Source: Candidatus Woesearchaeota archaeon (GTDB lineage Archaea > Nanobdellota > Nanobdellia > Woesearchaeales > UBA10216). Taken from it: a DNA stretch of 64,000 nt. The stretch lies in NCBI GenBank assembly GCA_016188155.1, contig JACPIH010000002.1, forward strand, positions 68,655 through 132,654, written 5' to 3'. Shown piece after piece: positions 30,293 to 39,307 of this stretch (positions are counted from its first letter, which is position 1; each line of letters begins with the position of its first letter). The position numbers and the translations under genes were made by a program. The notes beneath the pieces are model-generated. The model was not told the DNA's origin. It saw only the letters and a program-made list of their open reading frames with translations, and ran no database searches.

Positions 30293-30973
30293 TTAAATCA
30301 GCCCTCCCCTTCTTGAAAGTTCTTGAAAGTCGTTAACATCTATTTTTGAAAGGCTGTCAACGATTTTGTCAGCAATGGAAACATCCTGGTTCTTTGTGTG
30401 CTCTGTGAGCAGGGCTATGCACACCATGCCAGCATTTTTCGCTGCCAAAATGCCTGTTTCGGAGTCTTCTACTACAACGCATTCGTCTGGCTTCAGCTTA
30501 AGCCTTCCCGCAACCTCGAGGTAGATGTCTGGCGCAGGCTTGGTTTTTGTTACGTCCGAGCCCGTGACTACAGTCACGAATGTGTTTCCCAGCTTCAGAA
30601 AGTTCAGGACATTCCACACCTTTGTTTTTGAGCTGCTTGAAGCCAGGGCAACAATGTAGTTGTTAGCTCTCAGCTTTGCAACGAGCTCGTGGAAGCCAGG
30701 GTTTGGCTTAAGGTTGAGTTCCTCTATGGCTTTTTTGATGTACTCCTCGCGTTTTGCCACGAGCGCTTCAAGGTCGGCTGTGACCCCGTGCTGTTTTAAA
30801 ATTTCGTCGTAAATCTGCCTTCCAGGCTTGCCTGTGTGCTTTAGGTATTCGCCTTTGCTGATGTTCAGACCAACGCTGTTCAGCACCTTTGAGTCAGCGA
30901 CGAAGTTGAGCTGCGCAGTGTCTACAACAACCCCATCCATGTCAAAGATTACGGTTTTTATCATGCTAATCAC
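30293..30973 (-). CDS. HAD-IA hydrolase (beta-phosphoglucomutase/phosphatase family)
   Basis: VIFDMDGVVVDT motif I; 226 aa. Confidence 0.8.
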   Translation of the reverse strand: MISMIKTVIFDMDGVVVDTAQLNFVADSKVLNSVGLNISKGEYLKHTGKPGRQIYDEILKQHGVTADLEALVAKREEYIKKAIEELNLKPNPGFHELVAKLRANNYIVALASSSSKTKVWNVLNFLKLGNTFVTVVTGSDVTKTKPAPDIYLEVAGRLKLKPDECVVVEDSETGILAAKNAGMVCIALLTEHTKNQDVSIADKIVDSLSKIDVNDFQELSRRGGLI

Positions 30974-31155
30974 TTCGGTTCCGGTTTCTGTGGCAGTATA
31001 TAAATTTTATTTTGTTTACATATTGGCCATGCGCTGTTTAAAGGCAGCTTAAGGGATATTTTGGGTGAAGGCGTCGCAACCGAAAACTTTAAGTATGATT
31101 GCTTAGGGCTCTTTATTAGCCATTTTTCGGATAATCATATATTGCGTTTTTGTAA

Positions 31156-32262
31156 GTGGTGGGTGAAGTCTGCGTGAGGAAACTGTTTATCCCTGGGCCT
31201 GTTCAGGTGAGCAGGCGAGTTCTGGAGGAAATGGCCAGGCCGATGATGCACCACAGGTCTGCAGAATGCATAGCAATCATCAAAGAAATTAAGGGGTTGC
31301 TGTCGGATTTCCTTTATACCAACAATGATATTTTTCTGCTGACGTGCTCTTCGACAGGTGCTATGGAAGCCAGTATGCGAAGCTGCGTGGTTGGGAGCGT
31401 GTTGTGCGTCGCGAATGGCGAATTCGGAAGAAGGTGGCATTCCATAGCTGTTTCAAACGGCAAAGAGGCAAAGCTTTTGGATTTCGGTGATGGTAAATTA
31501 ATTGATTACAGCTTGGTAGCCGAGGAGTTAAGGAAAGGCGGTTTTGACGCGGTTGCTTTTGTAGTCAATGAAACCTCTACAGGCATGGAAAACGATTCTA
31601 AAGCGCTCAAAAAGGCTGTTCAGTCTGTTTCGAAAGACATCATTATCTTGGCGGATGGCGTTTCAGCCGTGTTCGGAACTATGCTTGACATAGACGACTA
31701 CGATGTACTCCTGTTTGCAACTCAGAAGGCACTCGCATTGCCTCCTGGCATGGCTATCATAATCGCGAATGACAAGGCAATTGAGCGTTCGAAGGCTGTT
31801 AAGGACAGGGGGTATTACTTTGACTTTCTTAACCTGAAAAAGCGGAGCGACGAGAACATGACCATAACAACGCCAGCCCTGCCCATAATTTACGCCCTAA
31901 GGTATCGCCTGCAAGAGATAAAGAAGCACGGCATTAACAGCTACATTGAGAACCACAATGCCAAGGCTGAGCTTGTCCGCAAGGAAATTCGCAAAATGGG
32001 CTTCGGGCTTTTCGTGCCAAGCAGCTATTCAAACACAGTCACTGTTATTTCCAACAACCTTGGCATTGACGTTGAGAAACTGATCAGGCTTCTTGGCGAA
32101 AAAGGATTCGCTATAGAAAACGGCTATGGCCCGTTGAAGAACAAAACATTCCGCATAAGCCACATGGGCGATATCACTTCCGAAGATACTAAGCAGTTGT
32201 TAAAAGAAATGGGAAAAATAATCAAAACTCTAACGTCTGAGCATAAGCATGAAACAGGTTAA
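31156..32262 (+). CDS. class V (PLP) aminotransferase, serine-pyruvate/alanine-glyoxylate family
   Basis: LFIPGPVQVSRRVLEEMARPMMHHRS N-terminus typical of class V AT. Confidence 0.65.
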   Translation: MVGEVCVRKLFIPGPVQVSRRVLEEMARPMMHHRSAECIAIIKEIKGLLSDFLYTNNDIFLLTCSSTGAMEASMRSCVVGSVLCVANGEFGRRWHSIAVSNGKEAKLLDFGDGKLIDYSLVAEELRKGGFDAVAFVVNETSTGMENDSKALKKAVQSVSKDIIILADGVSAVFGTMLDIDDYDVLLFATQKALALPPGMAIIIANDKAIERSKAVKDRGYYFDFLNLKKRSDENMTITTPALPIIYALRYRLQEIKKHGINSYIENHNAKAELVRKEIRKMGFGLFVPSSYSNTVTVISNNLGIDVEKLIRLLGEKGFAIENGYGPLKNKTFRISHMGDITSEDTKQLLKEMGKIIKTLTSEHKHETG

Positions 32263-33316
32263 GGTTTTTGCACCTGCGACTATAGCAAATATTGGTCCAG
32301 GGTTTGACATATTTGGGGTCGCGCTTTATAATATCGGCGACGTTGTAGAAGCAAGGTTAACTGATTCTTTTAAAGGCGTTAGGCTGGCAGAGGTAACGGT
32401 TGCGTCTGACAGCGCAGGCGTTAAAGACATGCCTAAGGATGAAGGCAACCTTGTTTTTCCTGTTGCCAAGCTCATCTACGAGGCAATTGGCAATCATGAA
32501 GTTGGGGTTGAAATCAGGCTTGTCAAGAGGATGGGCATAGGAACAGGGCTTGGCAGCAGCGCCTCAAGCTCTGTTGCTTCTGCTGTTGCAGTTAACGAGG
32601 TGCTTGGCGGTATTTTAGCCCGTGATAGCGTGAAGATGCTGGCTGCTGTTATTGAGGGCGAGTACATTGCTTGCGGCTCAAGGCACGCTGATAATGTTTT
32701 TCCAAGCCTGCTCGGCGGTTTAGTCTTTGTTGAAGACGCTGCCTCTTTTAAGTTCAAAAAATTCGGGGTTGGAAAGGACGCGTTCTTTGTCATTGCCTCT
32801 CCCGACTTGGTTGTGAGCACTCGAGAAGCCAGGGAAGCCCTGAAGGCTTCGCCTTACAACATTAAGGAGCTTGTAAGGTTTTCAAGCTCAACTGTAAAGC
32901 GCTTCATTGAATCTGGTACAGGCAGCCGCTTTAATGCCCAGATACCGGATTCTGTAGTGGGCAGCGGCTCAAGAAGCGTTGTCAAGGCCTACATTGAGGG
33001 AACTCTGGATGTTTTAAGCGGGCTGCTTAATAATGATGTTGAAGCGCTAGGCAGGGGCACGCTGAAGGATGGCATTGTGACGCCTGTGCGTGCCAAACTG
33101 ATTCCGGGTTATGATGCAGTTAAGGAGGCTGCACTTGGGGTAGGTGCCAAGGGCTTCTCTATATCCGGCTCAGGCCCTTCTGTTTTCGCAGTTGCTTACA
33201 AGGAAGACTGTGAGAAAGTGAAAAATGCCATGTTGGGCGCTTTTGAAAGGCACAAGATAACGGCAAAAGGGCACATTTCTGCAGTGAACAACAACGGCGC
33301 CTTGGTTGTTGAGTAA
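32249..33316 (+). CDS. GHMP-family kinase (homoserine-kinase-like N-terminal motif)
   Basis: VFAPATIANIGPGFD and MGIGTGLGSSASS GHMP motifs. Confidence 0.6.
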   Translation: MKQVKVFAPATIANIGPGFDIFGVALYNIGDVVEARLTDSFKGVRLAEVTVASDSAGVKDMPKDEGNLVFPVAKLIYEAIGNHEVGVEIRLVKRMGIGTGLGSSASSSVASAVAVNEVLGGILARDSVKMLAAVIEGEYIACGSRHADNVFPSLLGGLVFVEDAASFKFKKFGVGKDAFFVIASPDLVVSTREAREALKASPYNIKELVRFSSSTVKRFIESGTGSRFNAQIPDSVVGSGSRSVVKAYIEGTLDVLSGLLNNDVEALGRGTLKDGIVTPVRAKLIPGYDAVKEAALGVGAKGFSISGSGPSVFAVAYKEDCEKVKNAMLGAFERHKITAKGHISAVNNNGALVVE

Positions 33317-33445
33317 AGGAATAACGTCTGCTTTGAAACTTTGAAATCTTGCTGTCCCTGTTTGTTGTTGCTGTTTTCATACGTAGAAATATATTTAAAG
33401 AAAGGCTTTTAGCTGCATTCTCAGCTGTAGATTATCAGGTTAAAA

Positions 33446-35218
33446 ATGAAGCTGTCTGACTATGTCATAGAGTTTTTGGTGCAGCGTGGCGTTAGGCACG
33501 TTTTTCTTATATCCGGAGGAGCGGTTGCGCACCTTGTTGATTCTGCTGCCAGGAACCCAAAAATTACGTATGTTTGCCCAGAGCACGAGCAGAATGCCGG
33601 AGCAGCTGCTGACGCTTATTCAAGAATTACGGAGAACTTAGGCGCCGTCCTTACCACGAGCGGGCCTGGTGCCACTAACCTTGTGACGAGCGTTTGCAAT
33701 TCCTATTTTGACTCAATTCCTGTTATTTTCATCACAGGCCAGGTTGCAACATTTCGCATAAGACCCAACGAGAGGCTTCGCCAGAAGGGTTTTCAGGAAA
33801 CTGATGTTATTTCAATATTTAAGTCAATCACTAAGTACGCAACACAGCTTAGGAAGGCAGAGGACATTAAATGTGTCCTTCAGGAAGCAGTCTATGCAGC
33901 CACGTCAGGGCGCATGGGCCCTGTCCTAGTTGATATTCCAGATGACATTCAACGCGCCGAGATTGACCCTGATAAGCTACGTGAATTTGTTCCCCCCTCT
34001 GCTCACGCTAACAGCGATTTTTCGGCTGTTAAGGACATTTTTGCGGCAATAAGGTCTGCAAAAAGGCCTGTCCTGATTCTCGGAGCCGGCGTGAGGCTTT
34101 CTGGAACAATCCTTGAAGCTTTGAAGTTTGCAGAATACTTCCGAATTCCTCTCCTGCTTACCTGGGGAGCGACGGACATCGCAGAATACAGCCATGAGCT
34201 CAACATGGGCGGTCTTGGGGTTTGCGGCCCAAGAGGGGGTAACTTTGCAGCCCAGACATCAGACCTTGTTGTTGCACTTGGAACAAGGCTTTCACAGATG
34301 ATCACAGGCGGTAAGCAGAACCTTTTTGCACCTAACGCTAAGAAAATCATGGCAGACATTGATCCTGAAGAGCTTAACAAGTTCGGTCCGAATGATGTTG
34401 TTCTCGACTTGAAGATTCAGTGTGACTTGAGGGAGTTCTTTGCGGAGTGTGAAAGGCTCTACACCCCTGGCGAGAAGGACAGATTTATGGAATGGAGGCA
34501 GCAGATTAATGAATGGCGGAGAATATACCCAACCTGTCCTCAATCAAACTATGAAAAGAAGGAAGGTGTTGACGCCTATGTCTTCGTAAAGGAGCTTTCT
34601 AAGGCCGCAAATGAGGGGGATATGATATTTACCGATGCGGGCGGCAACCTGAGCCAGACCATGCAGGCCTTTGAGGTCAAGAAAAGGCAGCGGCTCATCT
34701 CCGCCTGGAACCACTCACCCATGGGCTATTCACTTCCTGCATGCATCGGTGCCGCATTTGCCCTCAGCAAGGACAGCAGCAATAACATCCTTTGCATCAT
34801 TGGCGATGGCGGTCTGATGCTGTGCCTCGAGGAGCTTTCCGTAATTGTGAAGCACAAGCTGCCGATCAAGATATTTATTTTCAACAACCACGGCCACGGA
34901 ATCCAGAAGCAGACTCTTGACACGTGGCTGAACTCTCACTACGTGGCTGTAGACGAAGCTTCTGGCCTCGCCTTTGCTGATTTTGACAAAATAGGCCCAG
35001 CTTTCGGACTTCCGACCGTTATCATAAGAAACCACGAAGAACTTAAGGCAAAACTCGACCAGGTTCTTGACATGAGAGGGCCTGTTTTGTGCAACGTTAA
35101 AATTGCTGTTGACCAGAGGATTGTGCCCATGCTCAAGTTTGGCGCAGGGCTCGAGGACCTTGACCCGAAGTTGCCAAGGGAGGATATAGAGTCTATCATG
35201 GCGATTGTTAAGGGTTAA
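33446..35218 (+). CDS. thiamine-diphosphate-dependent enzyme, acetolactate-synthase-large-subunit-like
   Basis: 590 aa; N-terminal TPP_enzyme_N pattern (GGAVAHLVDSAA…TSGPGATNLVT…), C-terminal GDGG…NN TPP-binding. Confidence 0.75.
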   Translation: MKLSDYVIEFLVQRGVRHVFLISGGAVAHLVDSAARNPKITYVCPEHEQNAGAAADAYSRITENLGAVLTTSGPGATNLVTSVCNSYFDSIPVIFITGQVATFRIRPNERLRQKGFQETDVISIFKSITKYATQLRKAEDIKCVLQEAVYAATSGRMGPVLVDIPDDIQRAEIDPDKLREFVPPSAHANSDFSAVKDIFAAIRSAKRPVLILGAGVRLSGTILEALKFAEYFRIPLLLTWGATDIAEYSHELNMGGLGVCGPRGGNFAAQTSDLVVALGTRLSQMITGGKQNLFAPNAKKIMADIDPEELNKFGPNDVVLDLKIQCDLREFFAECERLYTPGEKDRFMEWRQQINEWRRIYPTCPQSNYEKKEGVDAYVFVKELSKAANEGDMIFTDAGGNLSQTMQAFEVKKRQRLISAWNHSPMGYSLPACIGAAFALSKDSSNNILCIIGDGGLMLCLEELSVIVKHKLPIKIFIFNNHGHGIQKQTLDTWLNSHYVAVDEASGLAFADFDKIGPAFGLPTVIIRNHEELKAKLDQVLDMRGPVLCNVKIAVDQRIVPMLKFGAGLEDLDPKLPREDIESIMAIVKG

Positions 35219-35330
35219 CTGGGCTTACCGCAAACAATATAAATTTATAAAGTCAGTTCAATGTGTAATTCAATGTGTAATGATAAGCTGATGCTGTAAG
35301 CTAAGGCTAAGTTGTGAATGGGCTGCTGGG

Positions 35331-36473
35331 ATGGATTTACTTGTTGCGAAGGGAAGGGACCTTAAGAAGGAGGAGTTTCATGACAAGCATGAGGCTTTTA
35401 CCGACAAGGCATACGCGGATGGCGACCTGCTGCCTGACAGGTATGTGTTTGTGCTCACCAACCTCTGCAACCTAAGGTGCAGTTTCTGCTTTCAGAAAAA
35501 GGACCCCAGGAAAGATGCCATGACTACCGAGGGCTGGATTAGCCTTGCAAAGCAGCTTCCTGAATACGCCAGGGTGACAATGACAGGCGGGGAGCCGTTG
35601 GCGTTTCGCGGCTTTAAAGAAGTGTTTTCCTACGTGGCTGAGCGTTTTGACTGCAACATGGTTTCAAACGGGTTGCTCTGGAAGGAGGAATTGGTTGATT
35701 TTGTCCTCTCGTATCCAAAATTCAGGGTGCTTTCCATTTCGATAGACAACATTGGCAACACGCTGAGGGACGTGAGCCCCAACCAGTGGAAGCGAGCTGA
35801 AGAGATGATGAGGTACTTTGTTAAAAAGCGGGATGAGCTCAATTCCGGCTGCGTGCTGGAGGCCAAAACAGTAGTGCTGGATGATAATGCCGAGGATTTG
35901 CTTGCAATTCACAAATACTGCATTGAAGAGCTTGGCTGCGACCACCACTCCTTCCAGTTTCTGAAGGGCTCGCCAATCCAGCACGCTGATTTTATGTTCC
36001 AATTTGAGGATATTTTGAAAGAGTCCCATGCCGTTACTTACAAAAAATTTGATATCATAAAGCAGCAGTTGGATCTGGTAAGAAAGTACAACCTTAAAAC
36101 AGGAAAGGTTGCCTTCTCGCACCCCATCATCGGCTCGTTGATGTCAGAAAATCCCCTTCCGAACATTTCATACCTGAATGAGAGCAGGCACATTAAGGGA
36201 AATTACATGCCCTGCAAATTTCCGTGGTCAAGCGTGCATATTAATGTTGACGGAAACCTTTTTCCGTGCATGGCAGTTTCAATGGGAAATGTTAAGGAAA
36301 CTCCCCTTCGTGACATAATATTTGGCGAGCAGTTTACGAGGTTTAAGCGGCTTATAAGGGACGAGGGCACTGTTGAGGGGTGTAACCGCTGTGGCTGGCT
36401 AAGGCCAATTCCGAACCTGCGGCAGCAGGAGCCGGAAAAGCAGGTGCAAGTGGCTGTGTCGGAAAGTGAATGA
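35331..36473 (+). CDS. radical SAM protein with SPASM/twitch-like C-terminal Cys cluster
   Basis: CNLRCSFC (CxxxCxxC); C-terminal CKFPW…CMAV…GCNRCGW. Confidence 0.75.
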   Translation: MDLLVAKGRDLKKEEFHDKHEAFTDKAYADGDLLPDRYVFVLTNLCNLRCSFCFQKKDPRKDAMTTEGWISLAKQLPEYARVTMTGGEPLAFRGFKEVFSYVAERFDCNMVSNGLLWKEELVDFVLSYPKFRVLSISIDNIGNTLRDVSPNQWKRAEEMMRYFVKKRDELNSGCVLEAKTVVLDDNAEDLLAIHKYCIEELGCDHHSFQFLKGSPIQHADFMFQFEDILKESHAVTYKKFDIIKQQLDLVRKYNLKTGKVAFSHPIIGSLMSENPLPNISYLNESRHIKGNYMPCKFPWSSVHINVDGNLFPCMAVSMGNVKETPLRDIIFGEQFTRFKRLIRDEGTVEGCNRCGWLRPIPNLRQQEPEKQVQVAVSESE

Positions 36474-36476
36474 TTT

Positions 36477-37379
36477 ATGCCAAAGAAAGTTGTTATTCTT
36501 GGCGCGTCTGGATTCGTCGGCGGCTGGCTGCTGAAGCGGTTCCTGTCAGATTCGCCGTATACGGCGGTTGGTTACTCATCTGCGGATTGCAACCTGCTCT
36601 CCCCGGGCTCGATTCGCAAAGCACTGTCATCTGTCACTTCAGAAGACGTTATCGTTATGCTGTCGTGCATTACACGCCTTAGGGAAAATTCGTTTGAGTC
36701 CATGCTTAAAAACATCAAGATGGCAGACAACATTGCCTGTTTTGTCGAGAGCCATCCTGTGTCCCATTTTATTTACTTTAACACTGTTGACGTTTATGGG
36801 CTGATTCCGGAGGGGACTGTTATAAGTGAGAGTCTTCCGCCAAATCCGCATGATTACTACTCAATTTCCAAGCTTACAAGCGAGTTTATTCTTAAAAAGG
36901 CGTTATCGGAGAAGAATATACCTTTCCTTTCGCTGAGGTTTTCCGGAATTTACTGCCCTGGCGATGAGGGAAAAAGTACTATCAACGCCTTGTTATATTC
37001 CCTTTTTGACACAGGAAAAATCACAATCTTCGGTGACGGGAAGAGTACCAGGGATTTTGTATACGTTGATGACGCTTACAGGATAGTGGAAGAGGCTGTC
37101 AAGCGGCCATTGAACGCAACTGTGAACGTAGCTACCGGGAAAAGTTATTCAATTCTTGAAGTAATAGAAACCATTAAGTCATTAATCGATAAAAAATTCA
37201 CTATCGAGTTCAAGCCAATAGACTCCAAAGCCGAGAAAAGGCAAGGGAATATGGTGCATGATATTTCCCTCTTTCAGAAGTTGTTTCCCAATTTCGTTTT
37301 TACAAGCCTTAAAGCAGGACTGTCCCGGAACATCAAGCACATTACAAGCATTACGAGCATTACAAGCAAAAAAGATTAA
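36477..37379 (+). CDS. NAD-dependent epimerase/dehydratase family protein
   Basis: KVVILGASGFVGGWL; YYSISK; C-terminal ITSITSITS encoded by 9-bp tandem repeat. Confidence 0.65.
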   Translation: MPKKVVILGASGFVGGWLLKRFLSDSPYTAVGYSSADCNLLSPGSIRKALSSVTSEDVIVMLSCITRLRENSFESMLKNIKMADNIACFVESHPVSHFIYFNTVDVYGLIPEGTVISESLPPNPHDYYSISKLTSEFILKKALSEKNIPFLSLRFSGIYCPGDEGKSTINALLYSLFDTGKITIFGDGKSTRDFVYVDDAYRIVEEAVKRPLNATVNVATGKSYSILEVIETIKSLIDKKFTIEFKPIDSKAEKRQGNMVHDISLFQKLFPNFVFTSLKAGLSRNIKHITSITSITSKKD

Positions 37380-38533
37380 ATCCTGTCAAATTCCTTTTTC
37401 AGTTCTGCGTAATTTTTGCATGTAACGTCAATGTATGCGGCACCAACATTTTTTGCAAACAACGCATCATCTTCGCTATCGCCTATTATGACGACCTTGT
37501 CAAAATCGCTGATGCTTATTCGCAACTCTTGAAGAGCATGGAGGAGCATACTAGGGCTGGGCTTCCTTCTCGTTTTTTTCTTTACAAAATCCGGATTGAA
37601 TTTAACTTCTTTTCGCAGGGCAGCATAGCTTGCATCAGCATCTGGGCAGTACTGCCAGCTGTCTATTGCAATCCCTTCTTCTTTCAATAACTTGCCTATG
37701 TGCCTGTTTACTTTTTCCACAGTTTCTGTGCCAAAATAGCCCCGCGCAACCCCTTGCTGGTTTGAAATTACCACCTTGACCGTGTCGTATTTTGTTTGTA
37801 CATAGCTGATAAGGTTGGTAACGTCTTTTTTTAGCCTTATCTGCTTTTCCCATAGCTTCTCTTTGCCGAGGAATGGCACATTTTCTATCAGGGTTCCGTC
37901 CCTGTCTATTCCCAACAGGAGCTTTTCCCGCTTTACTTTTTCCTGTATGTACCTGATTACATCTGTTGTCGACAGCTTCTCGTCATTTGTGTACCTGATT
38001 TCACCGCCTGCTGAGGTTATAGCCTCCCTCTCTGCGGTAATTCCTGGCGTTGTCTTGCCTATGAAATCTGGGCCTTTTATGTAATAAGACGGCTTCAGCT
38101 TTTCTATTACCTCAGTTGCACGCTCGAGGTCGCTGATAAACACGTAATCGACATACTCAATGCTTGCAACAGAGTAGGCCCGCAGTTTCTCTGAAAAGAT
38201 TGGCCTGCCGCTGCCTTTCCTTGCCGCCACGAATCTGTCCGAAGTCACAGATACGAAAAGACAGTCACACAGTTTTTTTGCTGACTCAAAGTGTTTAATG
38301 TGACCCGGATGCAAAAAGTCAAAGCCGCCGGCGCAAAGGCCTGCTTTTTTGTTTTGCCTCTTCAATTCAGAAATCCTCTTGGCCGCCGTGCCTATATCCA
38401 CTATTTTCTCAGACTTGAATTCATCAGTGTTTGCTTTCATAGTCTCCCAATCATCTTTCCTTGTCACTTTTGGCCGCCACCGCTTCAGCTTCCGAAATAA
38501 GCTCTGAAGAACATCTTCGGTATTGCTATGCAA
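37376..38533 (-). CDS. bifunctional protein: N-terminal cytidylyltransferase-like nucleotidyltransferase (RfaE/HldE domain II-like) fused to C-terminal HAD-IIIA GmhB-like heptose-bisphosphate phosphatase
   Basis: GGFDFLHPGHIKHFESAKKLCDCLFVSVTSD (HxGH nucleotidyltransferase); LLGIDRDGTLIEN, RKPSPSML, IGDSEDD (HAD-IIIA/GmhB); alternative start ATG at 38440 avoids overlap with upstream gene. Confidence 0.65.
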   Translation of the reverse strand: MHSNTEDVLQSLFRKLKRWRPKVTRKDDWETMKANTDEFKSEKIVDIGTAAKRISELKRQNKKAGLCAGGFDFLHPGHIKHFESAKKLCDCLFVSVTSDRFVAARKGSGRPIFSEKLRAYSVASIEYVDYVFISDLERATEVIEKLKPSYYIKGPDFIGKTTPGITAEREAITSAGGEIRYTNDEKLSTTDVIRYIQEKVKREKLLLGIDRDGTLIENVPFLGKEKLWEKQIRLKKDVTNLISYVQTKYDTVKVVISNQQGVARGYFGTETVEKVNRHIGKLLKEEGIAIDSWQYCPDADASYAALRKEVKFNPDFVKKKTRRKPSPSMLLHALQELRISISDFDKVVIIGDSEDDALFAKNVGAAYIDVTCKNYAELKKEFDRI

Positions 38534-39195
38534 ACCCCAATAATGTTCTTTACCCTGAAAATGTTTGTCGCCGAGCCCTCCTCCTCCTGAATCAGCACTG
38601 GCACCTCAAGGTAAGAATGCTTCTGCTTGCTCTTAAGCAACTGAAGTAATACCTCTGCATGAAAAGCAAAGCTGCTTGTTGTTATTTTAACCTGCCTGGC
38701 CAGGCTGAGCTTATAAAGTGCCAGGCCGTTATAGTACTTTACGTTCAGGCCAAATAGTAAATTCAGCATGGTTGTATAAAGGGTTGAAACAAGTCTCCTT
38801 ACAATTGGCCTTACTTCAGGATTCATAGTATAGGAATTCAGAATGTCGGCATCACCTATCCTTCCAAGCATCCGCGCAATAGATTCTGCCGGTATTCCGT
38901 TATCGCCTGTCAGCAACATAATGTATTCTTTAGTGGCAAGCCTTATGGCTTCCCTGTACACCGCACCCGGCCCGCGGTTCGTTTTAAAATGAACTACCCT
39001 TATTCTTGGGTTCCTTTTGGCAAAATCTTCTGCAATTGCGCCTGAACTGTCCCTGCTACCGTCGTCAATTACGATTAGCTCATAATCAGCAACAAAGCGT
39101 TTTACAGTGTCATTTATAGTTGTAATTGAGTTGCCTAAGTTACGCTCCTCGTTGTAGGCTGGTACTATCAGGGTTATTGATGCCGCTTTTTTCAT
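38485..39195 (-). CDS. glycosyltransferase family 2, dolichyl/polyprenyl-phosphate sugar synthase-like (Dpm1/ArnC-type)
   Basis: ITLIVPAYNEERNL…LIVIDDGSRD…; 236 aa; paralog of 47754..48536. Confidence 0.75.
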   Translation of the reverse strand: MKKAASITLIVPAYNEERNLGNSITTINDTVKRFVADYELIVIDDGSRDSSGAIAEDFAKRNPRIRVVHFKTNRGPGAVYREAIRLATKEYIMLLTGDNGIPAESIARMLGRIGDADILNSYTMNPEVRPIVRRLVSTLYTTMLNLLFGLNVKYYNGLALYKLSLARQVKITTSSFAFHAEVLLQLLKSKQKHSYLEVPVLIQEEEGSATNIFRVKNIIGVCIAIPKMFFRAYFGS

Positions 39196-39307
39196 GCTTG
39201 CCCAATCTCAGAATGATTTTGCGAAGCTTTAAAAACTTTTTTGTGGCATTTGCCACGTTAAAAAGGCCTTTCCAGCTTCTTATTATTATGCTGTCACATA
39301 GTCATAG

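Noticed and set aside
32249-33316. GHMP kinase as the heptose-7-phosphate kinase HddA of a GDP-heptose pathway
   Set aside because: Its N-terminal motif (APATIANIGPGFD) is of the homoserine-kinase type rather than the HddA type. A PfkB RfaE-domain-I-like kinase is present instead, so the HddA assignment was dropped.
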